Assembly (NCBI RefSeq): GCF_009914755.1
Contig: NC_060932.1
DNA: 64,000 nt
DNA from: the human T2T-CHM13v2.0 reference genome, Homo sapiens
Direction: 5' to 3' (one strand)
A program made the translations under genes and the position numbers. Positions 63,661 to 64,000 of this stretch are shown one piece after another. Below the pieces are notes generated by a model. The model was not told where the DNA came from and made no database searches. It saw only the letters and a list, made by a program, of their open reading frames with translations. Each line of letters starts with the position of its first letter. Position 1 is the first letter of the stretch.

Positions 63661-64000
63661 TTGCAGAATCTTAGGACATGTTGCCCTTTGATGTCATGGG
63701 AGCAGGTGGTGTAATCAATAAAACTTAAAGGAGAATATTTTGAGAAATTGTTTTAGGTTAGAAATCCTAATTTCTCACTATAACATTTTCACAATTTTCT
63801 TTCTGTTATTTACTTTTTCCCCTCCAAATGCCTCTATCCTTAATTTATTATAACAACCATTATCCTATGACAGGGAATAACATAACACCAAGAGTAATGA
63901 TTCTACAAATAAAACATATTCTTCCATTTCAGAGTGTTTATTATTGATAGTTTGATTTACTAAGTTCATTTTCATCTTGTAAGCTCTTGGTGTCTTGCAA

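Overview
This is primate, very likely human, genomic DNA. It is AT-rich and overwhelmingly made of interspersed repeats, consistent with a large intron or a gene-poor interval. Two nested LINE-1 stacks dominate it (about 10.9-27.9 kb and 47.2-61.9 kb). It also holds a near-complete Cheshire/MER58 hAT transposon, a full-length THE1B MaLR element, solo LTRs (MSTA, MSTB, MLT2A, LTR40, LTR12), many Alus, and two processed pseudogenes on the minus strand (PTMA and MED21). I found no intact protein-coding gene, RNA gene, CRISPR array or novel enzymatic system; nearly all ORF-track entries are repeat-derived. The most interesting signals are: a ~600-bp non-L1 retrocopy (orphan transduction-like) inside an L1; an L1 3' transduction; two self-templated insertions in one L1MA2; clusters of micro-palindromes and inverted triplications; an internally deleted L1 that retains ORF0; and a candidate 41-nt host-gene exon. 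Subfamily names come from recalled consensus sequences and need RepeatMasker/Dfam confirmation.
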